Part shown: piece after piece, positions 10,968-20,786 of the stretch | Numbering within the stretch: the first letter of the stretch is position 1 | How the letters are laid out: every line of letters begins with the position of its first letter | NCBI GenBank assembly: GCA_964645555.1 | Contig: CAZYBP010000001.1 | Location: 759-64,758, forward strand | Direction: 5' to 3' | DNA from: an uncultured Gammaproteobacteria bacterium | GTDB taxonomy: Bacteria > Patescibacteriota > Microgenomatia > Daviesbacterales > UBA10151 | DNA length: 64,000 nt | Notes under the pieces: generated by a model | Told to the model about the DNA's origin: nothing | Database searches by the model: none | Seen by the model: the letters and a program-made list of their open reading frames with translations, nothing else | Made by a program: the position numbers and the translations under genes

Positions 10968-13900
10968 TTTAGTTGCTTCCGGCGAAATTGTTTACCTAAG
11001 AGTAAAAGTGACAGCAGAAAAAATACAGTTAAACTTATCTTCAAACCTGTATACAAATTATCTTGCGGGGTAAATTTTATCCTGAAAGATAATTCACCGG
11101 TTCTATTAATTAACCATCCATTAGCATATCCATTTGTCAAGTAATGATCTTTTTCAGCAACTTCTCCCATTTTTGGAGAATCCATAATCACTTTCCAGCC
11201 ATTATGGAAGCTTTCATTTAATACTATAAACATATCCTGATTGGGATTATTCACTTGCACTTGGTACTCCACCGGGGAAATTTTTTTAAATTCGGCAGTA
11301 ACAGGACTAAAAGTATTGCCAACTGAGCTACTCAACACGACACTACCATTAAAAGATTCAGCTATACTCAAATCCCTAATTTCCACCTTAGATTGATTAT
11401 CGGTAAATATTTTTATCGTTGGCTTATCTGTGCTTCTGTCTAACCGTACTGAAGCCGTATTATTGGTACTTATTGAGAGGGTTAGATATTTCCAATTAAA
11501 ATCATGTGCATTATCACTAATTTCTTTTCTGAGTTTTGGCACTTTAACACCCGTCAGCTTATCAGAATCCTGCCAAAATTGTATCTGCGGGGGGGGACCT
11601 TGAAGCACTTTATAGTTAAAACTCAAGATATACGTTTTATCAGGATTATAGTCCGAAATTGTGTATTCAGTAATTCCCTCTTTGTTGCTATCAACCTTAT
11701 GAAGCACATTCAAATTGTTTTGTATAGATAAACCTATTTCATGTACCCCCGGAGTTAATTCAATCTCACCTAAAGAAAACCAGTTCTTGCTGTCTTCTTG
11801 CTTTAAAACCATATATTTAGCCGTCCCATCAAGATAAACTTTTATAGTCTTGCCGTCTTCTAGACCGAAATGTTTACTATCAACAGATGTTAAAATAAAC
11901 TCCATCCGTGTATGATTACGGATAAAAAACTGGTATACGTTGATCTTGCTGGAATTTTCTACTTCAGTATCAACAAAAGTATAGTAAACCTCAAGACCGA
12001 TATCTTTTAGAAAAGCTGATATCTTTTCAATATCTTCCTTAATTTTCAAATTAATCTCGTTATTGCCGGCGGCATCTATAAAGCTTGTCAGTTTCTTTTT
12101 TTCTTCATCAAGCACTACCTTTATAATGGACTTAGTTTGCGTATCCAAATCTTCCTCAGATAATTTTTTCAACATCCCAGTTGTTTCATCAAGATAAGCG
12201 GAATATTGTGCAATTGACCGATTAAATTCCTGCTCTTTTTTTGCTTGTCTTAAACGATCTGCTTCAATTATTCTCTTTTGAGTTAGAACAAGCATTTTCA
12301 TAGACTTCTCATAAAAAGGCGTAAAATAAAATTCAATTTTTTCCTTCAGAATTACTGCAGGATAAAATATGGAGTCAGGCAAATATTTTATAAATGGTCG
12401 GGGTATTATTATATCAGGAGGGGTTGAAAAAGATTCCAAAGGAATGACCCTCTGCGGATAAAGAATTTCTTTGTAAAGGATACTTTCATCAATATGCTGG
12501 GTACTAAACTCTTGTAAGAAAATGTTGTTTGTATTGATAACATTACCCATAATATAATCCGTTTGGCTTATATCACGGGGGAGGCCACTACCTGATACCA
12601 ATGATATTCCTCCTGCAATATTGACAGCTGACTTGGTTTCGTCTAAAAATTTGTAAACCTTAAGATGTCCTGTTTCTTTAACAATTGAAAGATCTGAAGA
12701 TGTGTTTAAAAAATGCTCTATCTTCTTTGGATTATCAATTCTTCTTTGGGAATAATCTAAATCTTTATTCAAAACAATATATTTTATTCCCAAATTTTTT
12801 AGAATTGCTTTTTGGGCAATATAGTTTTCTTTATGAAAAGTTCTGGCAATTTCCTCAATAAGCCGGTCAACAAAAGGGATATATAACTGCCTGGAGATGG
12901 ATGCTCCGGGAAATAGATGTGAAGCCAGTTCTACTCCGTTATAAGTATATGTCCAGTTATACGTTGCTGCATCCCCTTCTGAAATTGGCAAAATTAATAT
13001 TTTGCCTGGATTTATTGTAAGCTCCTTCGACAAAAAGGCTGAAACTTCTTTGTAATCTGCAGGCACTGTAAAAAAGGGTGGATATTTATCACTCCCAAAT
13101 AACCTATCTCCAAACATTGGCCAAACATAGACAATCATACCCATTACCAAAATAACCGTAATAATTTTTGGAATTAATGCCTTGAATGGCACATTTAGCT
13201 TTATTTTGAATATCCATAAGTTCCGTACTCCCAATGTTATGAGTATGGATGCTGGCAAAAACACCAGCAAGCCAGTTTTTTCGAAAGGATTTCTGATTGC
13301 ACCTAATAAATAAATATTCGCATAAATCCAGGCTGTGATTTTTCCAAAAGGCTCTGCCGCCCCTTTTGCCATAAATACCCCAAAAAGAAAAAGCGTTATC
13401 ATATACCATACTTTTCCTTCTCTTTTGATAAAACTTAACAGAATAAATAGTACTGAAGTCCAGCTTAAAAGCTGGAAGTACGGACTTAAATATACTTCAC
13501 CCCAATCCTTTTCAAAAAACATTATAAAAGGATTAATCCCTCTGATAACATAATTTATTGTGGATTGTGAGCTTAGAGTAAGAAGGGTATCAACATTCCC
13601 TTTATTTGAAAAAGCCGATACTAAATTTGTAGTACTAAACAAAGGATACAACCACCAAAAATTTGTTAATATCCACAAAACAAAAAGTGTAACAGTTAAA
13701 AAAATATTTCTTGTTATTTTTTTAACTTGTCTGCGGTTTTCAAACACGGAGAAAATAAATATAACCGCCACCGCCAGCCAAATTGCTATAACTGGAGCAA
13801 CTGAGGAGAACATATAACTTGCCAGAAATGATATAACAAGGAACAAGAAAATAAATATCATTCTTCCTTTCTCCAAAAGCTTGATATAAAAGAATACAAA

Positions 13901-14386
13901 ATAAGGCAACGATGCCGAGAGGATAAAATTGGCATAAATAAATCTATGCCAAACAATCATCATAAAAGGATTGAATATATAAAATAACCCAGCCAAAAGC
14001 TGCAATCTACCACCATAAGGAATAATTTGCTTACAAAGCAGGCTTACCCCCAAGCCTTGTAAGTAAATTATGATAAAAAATATGACCTTTTGGATCCCGA
14101 TTGCACCAAAACCTAAACGTTCTAAAATACTCATAAAGTAGTAGAAAGGTATTGATGCGGCAACTGTGGGAATTGAAGTACCGGGGCCTAATGCTTCCCA
14201 CCACAACCATCTAATCTGTTCCAATATTTTTCCCGGGGCGTAAGTCGGAATACCTACCTCAGTTCCTCCAAACAATATATTCTTAGTAAACCAAAGTTGC
14301 ACTAATAAAAAAGCAATCAATAAGAAAAAAACTCTTGGATCCAGTAAAATATCTTTTACTTTTTCCAGAGTTTTCATTTTTTCCAT
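10964..14386 (-). CDS. Family-A large polytopic membrane protein (GT-C-like candidate), 1140 aa, with central coiled-coil insert
   Basis: Carries RNPFEKTG, and the C-terminal YANGWLINRTGE motif followed by a TM anchor. Roughly 100 aa of charged helical sequence (EADRLRQAKKEQEF...) sits between the TM domain and the beta-rich ectodomain. Confidence 0.7.
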   Translation of the reverse strand: MEKMKTLEKVKDILLDPRVFFLLIAFLLVQLWFTKNILFGGTEVGIPTYAPGKILEQIRWLWWEALGPGTSIPTVAASIPFYYFMSILERLGFGAIGIQKVIFFIIIYLQGLGVSLLCKQIIPYGGRLQLLAGLFYIFNPFMMIVWHRFIYANFILSASLPYFVFFYIKLLEKGRMIFIFLFLVISFLASYMFSSVAPVIAIWLAVAVIFIFSVFENRRQVKKITRNIFLTVTLFVLWILTNFWWLYPLFSTTNLVSAFSNKGNVDTLLTLSSQSTINYVIRGINPFIMFFEKDWGEVYLSPYFQLLSWTSVLFILLSFIKREGKVWYMITLFLFGVFMAKGAAEPFGKITAWIYANIYLLGAIRNPFEKTGLLVFLPASILITLGVRNLWIFKIKLNVPFKALIPKIITVILVMGMIVYVWPMFGDRLFGSDKYPPFFTVPADYKEVSAFLSKELTINPGKILILPISEGDAATYNWTYTYNGVELASHLFPGASISRQLYIPFVDRLIEEIARTFHKENYIAQKAILKNLGIKYIVLNKDLDYSQRRIDNPKKIEHFLNTSSDLSIVKETGHLKVYKFLDETKSAVNIAGGISLVSGSGLPRDISQTDYIMGNVINTNNIFLQEFSTQHIDESILYKEILYPQRVIPLESFSTPPDIIIPRPFIKYLPDSIFYPAVILKEKIEFYFTPFYEKSMKMLVLTQKRIIEADRLRQAKKEQEFNRSIAQYSAYLDETTGMLKKLSEEDLDTQTKSIIKVVLDEEKKKLTSFIDAAGNNEINLKIKEDIEKISAFLKDIGLEVYYTFVDTEVENSSKINVYQFFIRNHTRMEFILTSVDSKHFGLEDGKTIKVYLDGTAKYMVLKQEDSKNWFSLGEIELTPGVHEIGLSIQNNLNVLHKVDSNKEGITEYTISDYNPDKTYILSFNYKVLQGPPPQIQFWQDSDKLTGVKVPKLRKEISDNAHDFNWKYLTLSISTNNTASVRLDRSTDKPTIKIFTDNQSKVEIRDLSIAESFNGSVVLSSSVGNTFSPVTAEFKKISPVEYQVQVNNPNQDMFIVLNESFHNGWKVIMDSPKMGEVAEKDHYLTNGYANGWLINRTGELSFRIKFTPQDNLYTGLKISLTVFFLLSLLLLGKQFRRKQLN

Positions 14387-15003
14387 TTGATTGCTATTAC
14401 TTGGGCAGCTATATTGGGATTTATATTAGCAACCGGATTCATCAGAAACGAAATAAAATATAACGGCAGCTGTATTAGCTTAATTTCATTACCTGCATGT
14501 GAGTGGCTGCCGTAGACAAGTTTCAACCCTGTGCCAAATACCCGGAAACCCTTTCCTTTAAAATCTTTGGGTAGCCAGGCGGATAAGTGACGTTGATATT
14601 TATTTGCATCATATTCCTCCTGCAAACAATCACCGTTTGGTGTAGTAAGAAGTATCAATGTTTTAGCAATTCTTTCCATCTCTTTTATTAACAAGAAGCC
14701 ATCCTTTTTATCAAGATGCTCTACTGTTTGTAAAGACACAACCATATCAAAACTTTTGTCATCAAAGGGGAGTTTTTTTATCAAATCCACTTTCATAACT
14801 TTTTTATATTTTCCGCCACTTTTACAAATTTTAAGATAGGGTTGGAAGATATCGGCGCCTGTTATCTGATATTTGCCTTCATTATTGACCAAATCTCCAA
14901 ACGCCCCTTTGCCGCACCCCAAATCCAATATGGTATTAATTTTAAATTTCTTAATATTTCTTTTGATCAACCAAGGGTATGTGAAAGGTAAATTATCAAT
15001 CAT
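14374..15003 (-). CDS. Class I SAM-dependent methyltransferase
   Basis: Motif I ILDLGCGKGAFG, 209 aa. Confidence 0.75.
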   Translation of the reverse strand: MIDNLPFTYPWLIKRNIKKFKINTILDLGCGKGAFGDLVNNEGKYQITGADIFQPYLKICKSGGKYKKVMKVDLIKKLPFDDKSFDMVVSLQTVEHLDKKDGFLLIKEMERIAKTLILLTTPNGDCLQEEYDANKYQRHLSAWLPKDFKGKGFRVFGTGLKLVYGSHSHAGNEIKLIQLPLYFISFLMNPVANINPNIAAQVIAIKWKK

Positions 15004-16019
15004 TTGGTTCTTATAAACGAGTCAAAAGAATTTACGATGGCTTTATCATAAAGTAACTTCGTTATCATTTCCTTCCCTGCCTTTTTGGCTTTGCTCTGCA
15101 CTTTTTTGCGCTTTCCGAAAATATCATTTAGATGCAAAGCTACCCAAAGCAGTGAGGTAAATCTTGTTAAACCTAAGTTTATTTTTCTTTTAATAATTAT
15201 CTCCCATAGTCCTGCAGTAAAATAAATAAAAATAGTAACTGGAAGATTTTTCAACAAAAATGGAACAGGATAATTTTTTATCAAAGTTATAATTCTGTTT
15301 TTATTAAAGTGCCATCTGACTTTAATCCTCACCATATCGGATAAATCAGTCGCACCCCGTCTGTGGAAAGCGGAAACTTTAGGAAAATAAACCACTCTAA
15401 ACCCCTGGCTCCAAGCCCGCAGAGCCAAATCAAGATCTTCATATCCGATTCCAAAATCCTCATCAAATAAACCAACTGATTCAACTGATGCTTTTCTAAG
15501 AATTGAGCATGACCCGCTGACCGATAAAACTTCTTTCTCTGCATTAAAATTATCAGCACTCATTCCTGCTCCAATGGTAATTGGGGTTCCAAAAGGATCT
15601 ATCGTCTCCCCCGCACTATCAATAATTTGATGATCAAAGTAGGAAAGTAGTTTGCCTTGTGATAAAGCAATATCTTTATTATTGTCTAAAAACTTGATAA
15701 ATTCCTGGAAATACCCGTTTTCTACCACTACATCATTATTGAAAAAAGCAATATATTCACCGGTTGAATTTTTTATGCCCAAGTTTAATCCTTGGCTATA
15801 CATATTAACGGGATTTTTAATTATTTTTAGTTTTGGAAATTTTTTCCCGGCAACTTCAACACTTTCATCAGTTGAGGCATTATCAACTAAAATAACCTCA
15901 AGATTAGGGTAATTGTTTTTAAATATCGAAGAAACCGCCTCTGTCAGCAGATTTAACTTAAGCCCGTTATAATTTGATATCACAACCGTTACTTTCGGCC
16001 ATTTTTTAACTTTTTTCAT
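15000..16019 (-). CDS. Glycosyltransferase family 2
   Basis: VTVVISNYNG...ILVDNASTDES followed by NNDV, a classic GT2 signature. Confidence 0.8.
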   Translation of the reverse strand: MKKVKKWPKVTVVISNYNGLKLNLLTEAVSSIFKNNYPNLEVILVDNASTDESVEVAGKKFPKLKIIKNPVNMYSQGLNLGIKNSTGEYIAFFNNDVVVENGYFQEFIKFLDNNKDIALSQGKLLSYFDHQIIDSAGETIDPFGTPITIGAGMSADNFNAEKEVLSVSGSCSILRKASVESVGLFDEDFGIGYEDLDLALRAWSQGFRVVYFPKVSAFHRRGATDLSDMVRIKVRWHFNKNRIITLIKNYPVPFLLKNLPVTIFIYFTAGLWEIIIKRKINLGLTRFTSLLWVALHLNDIFGKRKKVQSKAKKAGKEMITKLLYDKAIVNSFDSFIRTK

Positions 16020-17214
16020 TTTTAATCTCTCCTAACTTTTTTATAAACTGGTCAGTCCTATTTTCCCAGTTCCATTCAGATCCAATTAAAGCAATTGCCT
16101 GATTAGATAATTTATTATAAAGGGACTGATTAGTCAAAAGCCGTATAATTTCCGCGGCAAAATCTTCTAAATTCCCCACTCTTACTTTTAACATACCTTG
16201 TGGATAATAACTCTTCAGGGAAGATAAATCAAAACTCACACCCGGCAATCCGAAAGCCATGGCTTCAGCAGCCGCCATACCGCCGGAATCATAAAATGCA
16301 GGATGCAAAACTATTTTACTTTTGGAAAAAATATTGTATTTCTCCGGCCCGTCGAAAACATAACCTAATAGCTTAACATTATCACCTAAATCTAAACGGT
16401 CAATTTTTGCCTGCACATCTTTCATTAACGGCCCATCACCAATCATGGCCAGTTTCGCCTCAGGTAACTTCTTCGTCACCAACTTCCAAATTTCGATTAA
16501 TTCTACTACTCCTTTTTGCGGATGGAATCTGCCCTGAAAAACTGCGTCGTAATTTTTAGGTTTATTTGTACCATTTTCACGAATCCATTTTTTTATCTTT
16601 GAAACATTAACTGCCCCAAGCAAAATCAAGACCTTATTTTGTTTATTTAATTTTGGAAATTGATTTCTTTCCTCCTCGTTGTTAATAAGAACAAAATCAG
16701 CAAATTTTTCAATCAGGGGTTTTACCGGCAGTTGCATCAAATAGTAGCAAAGGGCAGAAAGACGGTAAGTTGTCTGCCTTTTTCCGTTAGTAAAACCCAA
16801 GATAGGATTCGGTGCTGTTTGAAACCAGGCAGCTGCCCAAATCGCTTTAGGAAAACGGAGTTTAAGAATAAATGCCGGTACAGAATCCATCCAGAACTCC
16901 GAGGCAGAATATAAAACCGTGTTATCTGAATTTTCCATTTTTACAGTCAGTGCAATCCTTATCCCCTCAACTATCCGGGCAAGATAGTTAACAAAAAAAC
17001 CGAAGTGCTTCCAAGGATACATACCTGACACACGGTAGTTAATACTCAATCCCTCAAGCATTTGGCTTTTGCACATTCTTAGTCCGTCCTCCCAAAGATA
17101 AATTGCAATCTGATAACCTCTGCTTTGTAGGTTCCTGGCAAGCTCAATAAAAATCCTGTCACTTCCTGAAAGCCCTTTACCTAAAGCCGCCATTGCTATA
17201 ATATAAAACTTCAT
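16006..17214 (-). CDS. Glycosyltransferase family 4 (GT-B fold)
   Basis: C-terminal ...SGGMAAAEAMAFGLPGVSFD..., the E-x7-E / GLP region typical of GT4. Confidence 0.75.
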   Translation of the reverse strand: MKFYIIAMAALGKGLSGSDRIFIELARNLQSRGYQIAIYLWEDGLRMCKSQMLEGLSINYRVSGMYPWKHFGFFVNYLARIVEGIRIALTVKMENSDNTVLYSASEFWMDSVPAFILKLRFPKAIWAAAWFQTAPNPILGFTNGKRQTTYRLSALCYYLMQLPVKPLIEKFADFVLINNEEERNQFPKLNKQNKVLILLGAVNVSKIKKWIRENGTNKPKNYDAVFQGRFHPQKGVVELIEIWKLVTKKLPEAKLAMIGDGPLMKDVQAKIDRLDLGDNVKLLGYVFDGPEKYNIFSKSKIVLHPAFYDSGGMAAAEAMAFGLPGVSFDLSSLKSYYPQGMLKVRVGNLEDFAAEIIRLLTNQSLYNKLSNQAIALIGSEWNWENRTDQFIKKLGEIKNEKS

Positions 17215-17232
17215 ATAAGGTTGATTATACTT

Positions 17233-19038
17233 ATGAAGCTATCGTTAAAACAACTGCTCTGGATTGTAATTGGCATTCCTCTGGTTTCTTATCTACTGTT
17301 AAAACCTACGTTCAATTTGTCTTTATTTGGTGATGATTGGGAGCAGCTTTATTTTATGTGGCTGGAATTTGAATCCAGACATTCCTTTAGCTGGTTTGAC
17401 ATTAAATCTTATCTAGGACCATATAACTTTTCTTATTCTTATTTGGGGATAATAAATAATTTCTTTGGTCTAAATTCCGCAGCTTATTTTTATGCTTCAT
17501 TTCTTTTTAGGGTTCTATCAATAATCTCGGTATATTTTCTGGTTAATTTTCTGACCAAAGAAAAATTAGCCCCCTTTTTAGCTTCGCTAATATTTATTTT
17601 CTCTGCCGCAGGCTTAGAAACCACCAACTGGGTATTCAATATGAATACCTATATGGCCATATTTTTGTTTAATCTTAGCGTAATATTTTATTTAAAATTC
17701 CGATTAAAGCCAAAAATAAATCTGCCGGACCTCGCTTGGTTTATCCTTCTTTTTGCAGCTGCACTCTTTGTAGCCTCAACCAGGATGCATGGAGCAGCCC
17801 CTTTCATAATATTGATCGATTTGATCCTAATATTCCTGTTTGAAAAGAACAAACCAAGCTTAATTTCATATTCGAGATTAATCATTCCCCCGCTTGTACT
17901 TTTGACTCTGATATATTACGGAGCCTTCGGTCATATTGGAGCCGGCGGGTTTACAGACCGTCTCAAGCTGGGAATGGAAACTGCATTAGCTCTTTTGTCA
18001 AAAGGACAATACTTATTTTTATTTTTTCTTCCGGGTATTATCGGCCATATCAGTTTACCGGATTCTTTAACCCTAAACTATAAAACATCTACCTATTTAA
18101 TTGTTGCTATCTTTTCTTTATCTGCTTTATTGTCACTTATTATATGGTTCATTGTAAGCATTGTTAAATTTGAAAAAGCGCAAAAAGATTTAGGCTTGCA
18201 AAGTTTCTTTGGAGTTACATTTATTTGGGCAATTCTGGTATATATAGTCTCTGTATCAAACACTATTATCCCTATCGGCCAATTTTTCTCAATTTTTGTT
18301 GGGGGCGAAATTCTTTTTCTAATTTTTTGGTTATTTTTCTTTCTTAAACATAAGTTCCCCCTGGTTTCTTTTACCTGCATTTTTTCACTACTATATCTTT
18401 TGGCTTTTACCTTAATTTATTGGTTATTCAGTCCGGCGGTTTTTTCTGAAACTACCAGCAGGTATTTAACAATGGGCGGAGTGGGATTTGCTATTTTCTT
18501 TGGTGTATTTTTAAGTTTCCTATTTAAAACACTTCCCTCTGGATTGCAGGTATTACCTATTACATTTTTGTCAATCTGGCTTTTTGTTAATTTTTGGGCC
18601 GGCAGGGAATATTGGATGTTTATGGAAACAAACCGGAACTCCCAATTGGCAAAATCTATTTGGAATTCCTTAACAGCAGATATTAAAGATCTTGATATAG
18701 AAAACCCGACGGTATTTTTTCTGACAGCCGACAACCCCTCTCTGCTCTATTGGAACGTTGACTTTGGTTTTCCCTCCCATATGGGTTTGACTTATAAAAT
18801 ACCTGATTTAAATAACACTCCTGTTTCCACATCGGATTATTCAACATTACTTGAATACGCAAAAGACGGCTCACCCCTTAAAAAAATCCACGGCAGGCCG
18901 GTTAAAGAAATTCCCTTAGATCATATTTATGCATATCATTTAACTCAGGATAAATTTGTTTCTCAAACTGATTTAGTCAGAAAGAAGCTCAAGGAAGATT
19001 TGGACAAAATTACTTCACAACCAAAAGCCGGTTATTAA
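17233..19038 (+). CDS. Family-B polytopic membrane protein (GT-C-fold candidate)
   Basis: LFGDDWEQLYFMW motif after TM1 and more than 12 TM helices. The ORF track starts at TTG 17221; the ATG at 17233 (MKLSLKQLL) is more plausible. The 3' end overlaps the convergent carbamoyltransferase by 29 nt. Confidence 0.6.
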   Translation: MKLSLKQLLWIVIGIPLVSYLLLKPTFNLSLFGDDWEQLYFMWLEFESRHSFSWFDIKSYLGPYNFSYSYLGIINNFFGLNSAAYFYASFLFRVLSIISVYFLVNFLTKEKLAPFLASLIFIFSAAGLETTNWVFNMNTYMAIFLFNLSVIFYLKFRLKPKINLPDLAWFILLFAAALFVASTRMHGAAPFIILIDLILIFLFEKNKPSLISYSRLIIPPLVLLTLIYYGAFGHIGAGGFTDRLKLGMETALALLSKGQYLFLFFLPGIIGHISLPDSLTLNYKTSTYLIVAIFSLSALLSLIIWFIVSIVKFEKAQKDLGLQSFFGVTFIWAILVYIVSVSNTIIPIGQFFSIFVGGEILFLIFWLFFFLKHKFPLVSFTCIFSLLYLLAFTLIYWLFSPAVFSETTSRYLTMGGVGFAIFFGVFLSFLFKTLPSGLQVLPITFLSIWLFVNFWAGREYWMFMETNRNSQLAKSIWNSLTADIKDLDIENPTVFFLTADNPSLLYWNVDFGFPSHMGLTYKIPDLNNTPVSTSDYSTLLEYAKDGSPLKKIHGRPVKEIPLDHIYAYHLTQDKFVSQTDLVRKKLKEDLDKITSQPKAGY

Positions 19039-20710
19039 AAACCAGCACATCCATCTTAGTCCGCAAATAACAATCAATTGCCTCCTGCGGGGTACAGACA
19101 ATCGGCTCATTTTCATTAAATGAAGTATTGAGCAAAACAGGAACACCGCTAAGCTTCTCAAAACTTTTAAGCAGTGAGTATATATGCGGTGAAATATTCC
19201 GTCTGACAGTCTGAATTCTGGCAGTTCCGTCCGCATGTGTTATGCTGGGCAAAAGTTTTGGATCCTTAACCCTTGCGACTATCGTCATAAATGGACTCTC
19301 GTCAAGAATATCAAAATACTTATTTGCATCCTCGTAGGTCACCATCGGTGCAAACGGACGGAAAAACTCCCTTTTTTTAATCCTCGAGTTAAGTATATCT
19401 TTAATGTCACCTCTACGGGCATCCGCCAAGATCGACCTATGTCCCAAAGCCCGCGGTCCAATCTCCATCCCGCCGTCAAAGTAGCCAACAATTTTACCCT
19501 CAAACAGTAACTTTGCCAAAGCAGATGATTGGTCATTGCTAACATCAGCAACCAGTCCTGACTCAGACAAAGCTTTTTCACATTCTTCCATTGTAAACTT
19601 AGGTCCGAAATCAACCCTGTCAAGGATAAATTCGCGTTTTCCACCAAGTTCCTGATGATGTACTGTTAATGCTGCCCCTAAACTGCAACCCCCGTCATAA
19701 GCCACAGGCGGGACATAAATTTTTTTAAACTTTCCTTTCTCAAGCAATATGGTATTCATGAGGACGTTTTGAGCAACACCACCGGCAATACAAAGATTTG
19801 TACTGCCGGTAGAATCATATAGATAAGTGCCCAGATTTAAAGCAATCTCTTCGAGTCTTTTTTGAGCTGAACAGGCAATATCAAAATGTTTTTGTTTATA
19901 TTTTGTACCGTACTCACGTGCCGGACCTAAAGCTTTTGCTAATTTTTGCGAAAAATGCTTTCCTACTCCTTGTGAATATAAACTAATATAATCAACATTC
20001 AGTTTATAAAATGGACTGCCATCATTTTTGAGAATATCTTCAAATATTTTCTGATACCGGTTATGACCATAGGCTGCCATTCCCATCACTTTATACTCAT
20101 CATTAAGCGGTCTGAACCCCAAATATTGAGTGATTGCTCCGTAAAACACCCCCAAAGAGTCATAATAAGGCAGCGAAGTCAATTTTGTAATACTGTTACC
20201 CCGGCCTTTAAATAGAGTAGTTGCCGTATCTTCCCCAAAACCGTCTACTACTAAAATTGCAGCGTCATTAAATTTACTGACCCAGTAAGTACTATAGGCG
20301 TGAGCTGTGTGATGGGCTACATACCTAACAGGCGGTACTTTACCGGTAAAATACTTACGGAAGACTCTTGTCAGATTTGCCATTTGTAGTTTTGTAGCCA
20401 GAGGTGTATAGCTGGCACCTTTTTTAAGAAGGTTTAAACTGGTGGGCAATTGTCTAATAGCAGACAAAAGTTGCATTTTAAGAAACTCCCATGGAAGCCA
20501 GCAGTAAGCAATATAATCAACTTCACTTAAGTTTATCCCAGCACTGTTAAGACAAAAATTAATTGCATTTACAGGGAACGCGTAGGTGTGTTTTTGGCGG
20601 GTAAAACGTTCTTCCTCTGCCATGGCAATTAATTTGCCATTCTTTAAAATACAGGCAGAGGAATCATGGAAATAACAATTAATACCCAATATATATTTTG
20701 ACTTGCTCAT
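19010..20710 (-). CDS. Carbamoyltransferase (NodU/CmcH/NovN/TobZ family)
   Basis: N-terminal ILGINCYFHDSSACILKNGKLIAMAEEERFTRQKH is the hallmark start of NodU-type O-carbamoyltransferases. 566 aa fits the family size. Confidence 0.85.
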   Translation of the reverse strand: MSKSKYILGINCYFHDSSACILKNGKLIAMAEEERFTRQKHTYAFPVNAINFCLNSAGINLSEVDYIAYCWLPWEFLKMQLLSAIRQLPTSLNLLKKGASYTPLATKLQMANLTRVFRKYFTGKVPPVRYVAHHTAHAYSTYWVSKFNDAAILVVDGFGEDTATTLFKGRGNSITKLTSLPYYDSLGVFYGAITQYLGFRPLNDEYKVMGMAAYGHNRYQKIFEDILKNDGSPFYKLNVDYISLYSQGVGKHFSQKLAKALGPAREYGTKYKQKHFDIACSAQKRLEEIALNLGTYLYDSTGSTNLCIAGGVAQNVLMNTILLEKGKFKKIYVPPVAYDGGCSLGAALTVHHQELGGKREFILDRVDFGPKFTMEECEKALSESGLVADVSNDQSSALAKLLFEGKIVGYFDGGMEIGPRALGHRSILADARRGDIKDILNSRIKKREFFRPFAPMVTYEDANKYFDILDESPFMTIVARVKDPKLLPSITHADGTARIQTVRRNISPHIYSLLKSFEKLSGVPVLLNTSFNENEPIVCTPQEAIDCYLRTKMDVLVFNNRLLVVK

Positions 20711-20786
20711 TTAAATTAAGGTAAACATTAACAAAAAACTTAAAAAAAGTATAGACTTTAAATAATACTCATTATATGATGATCTC

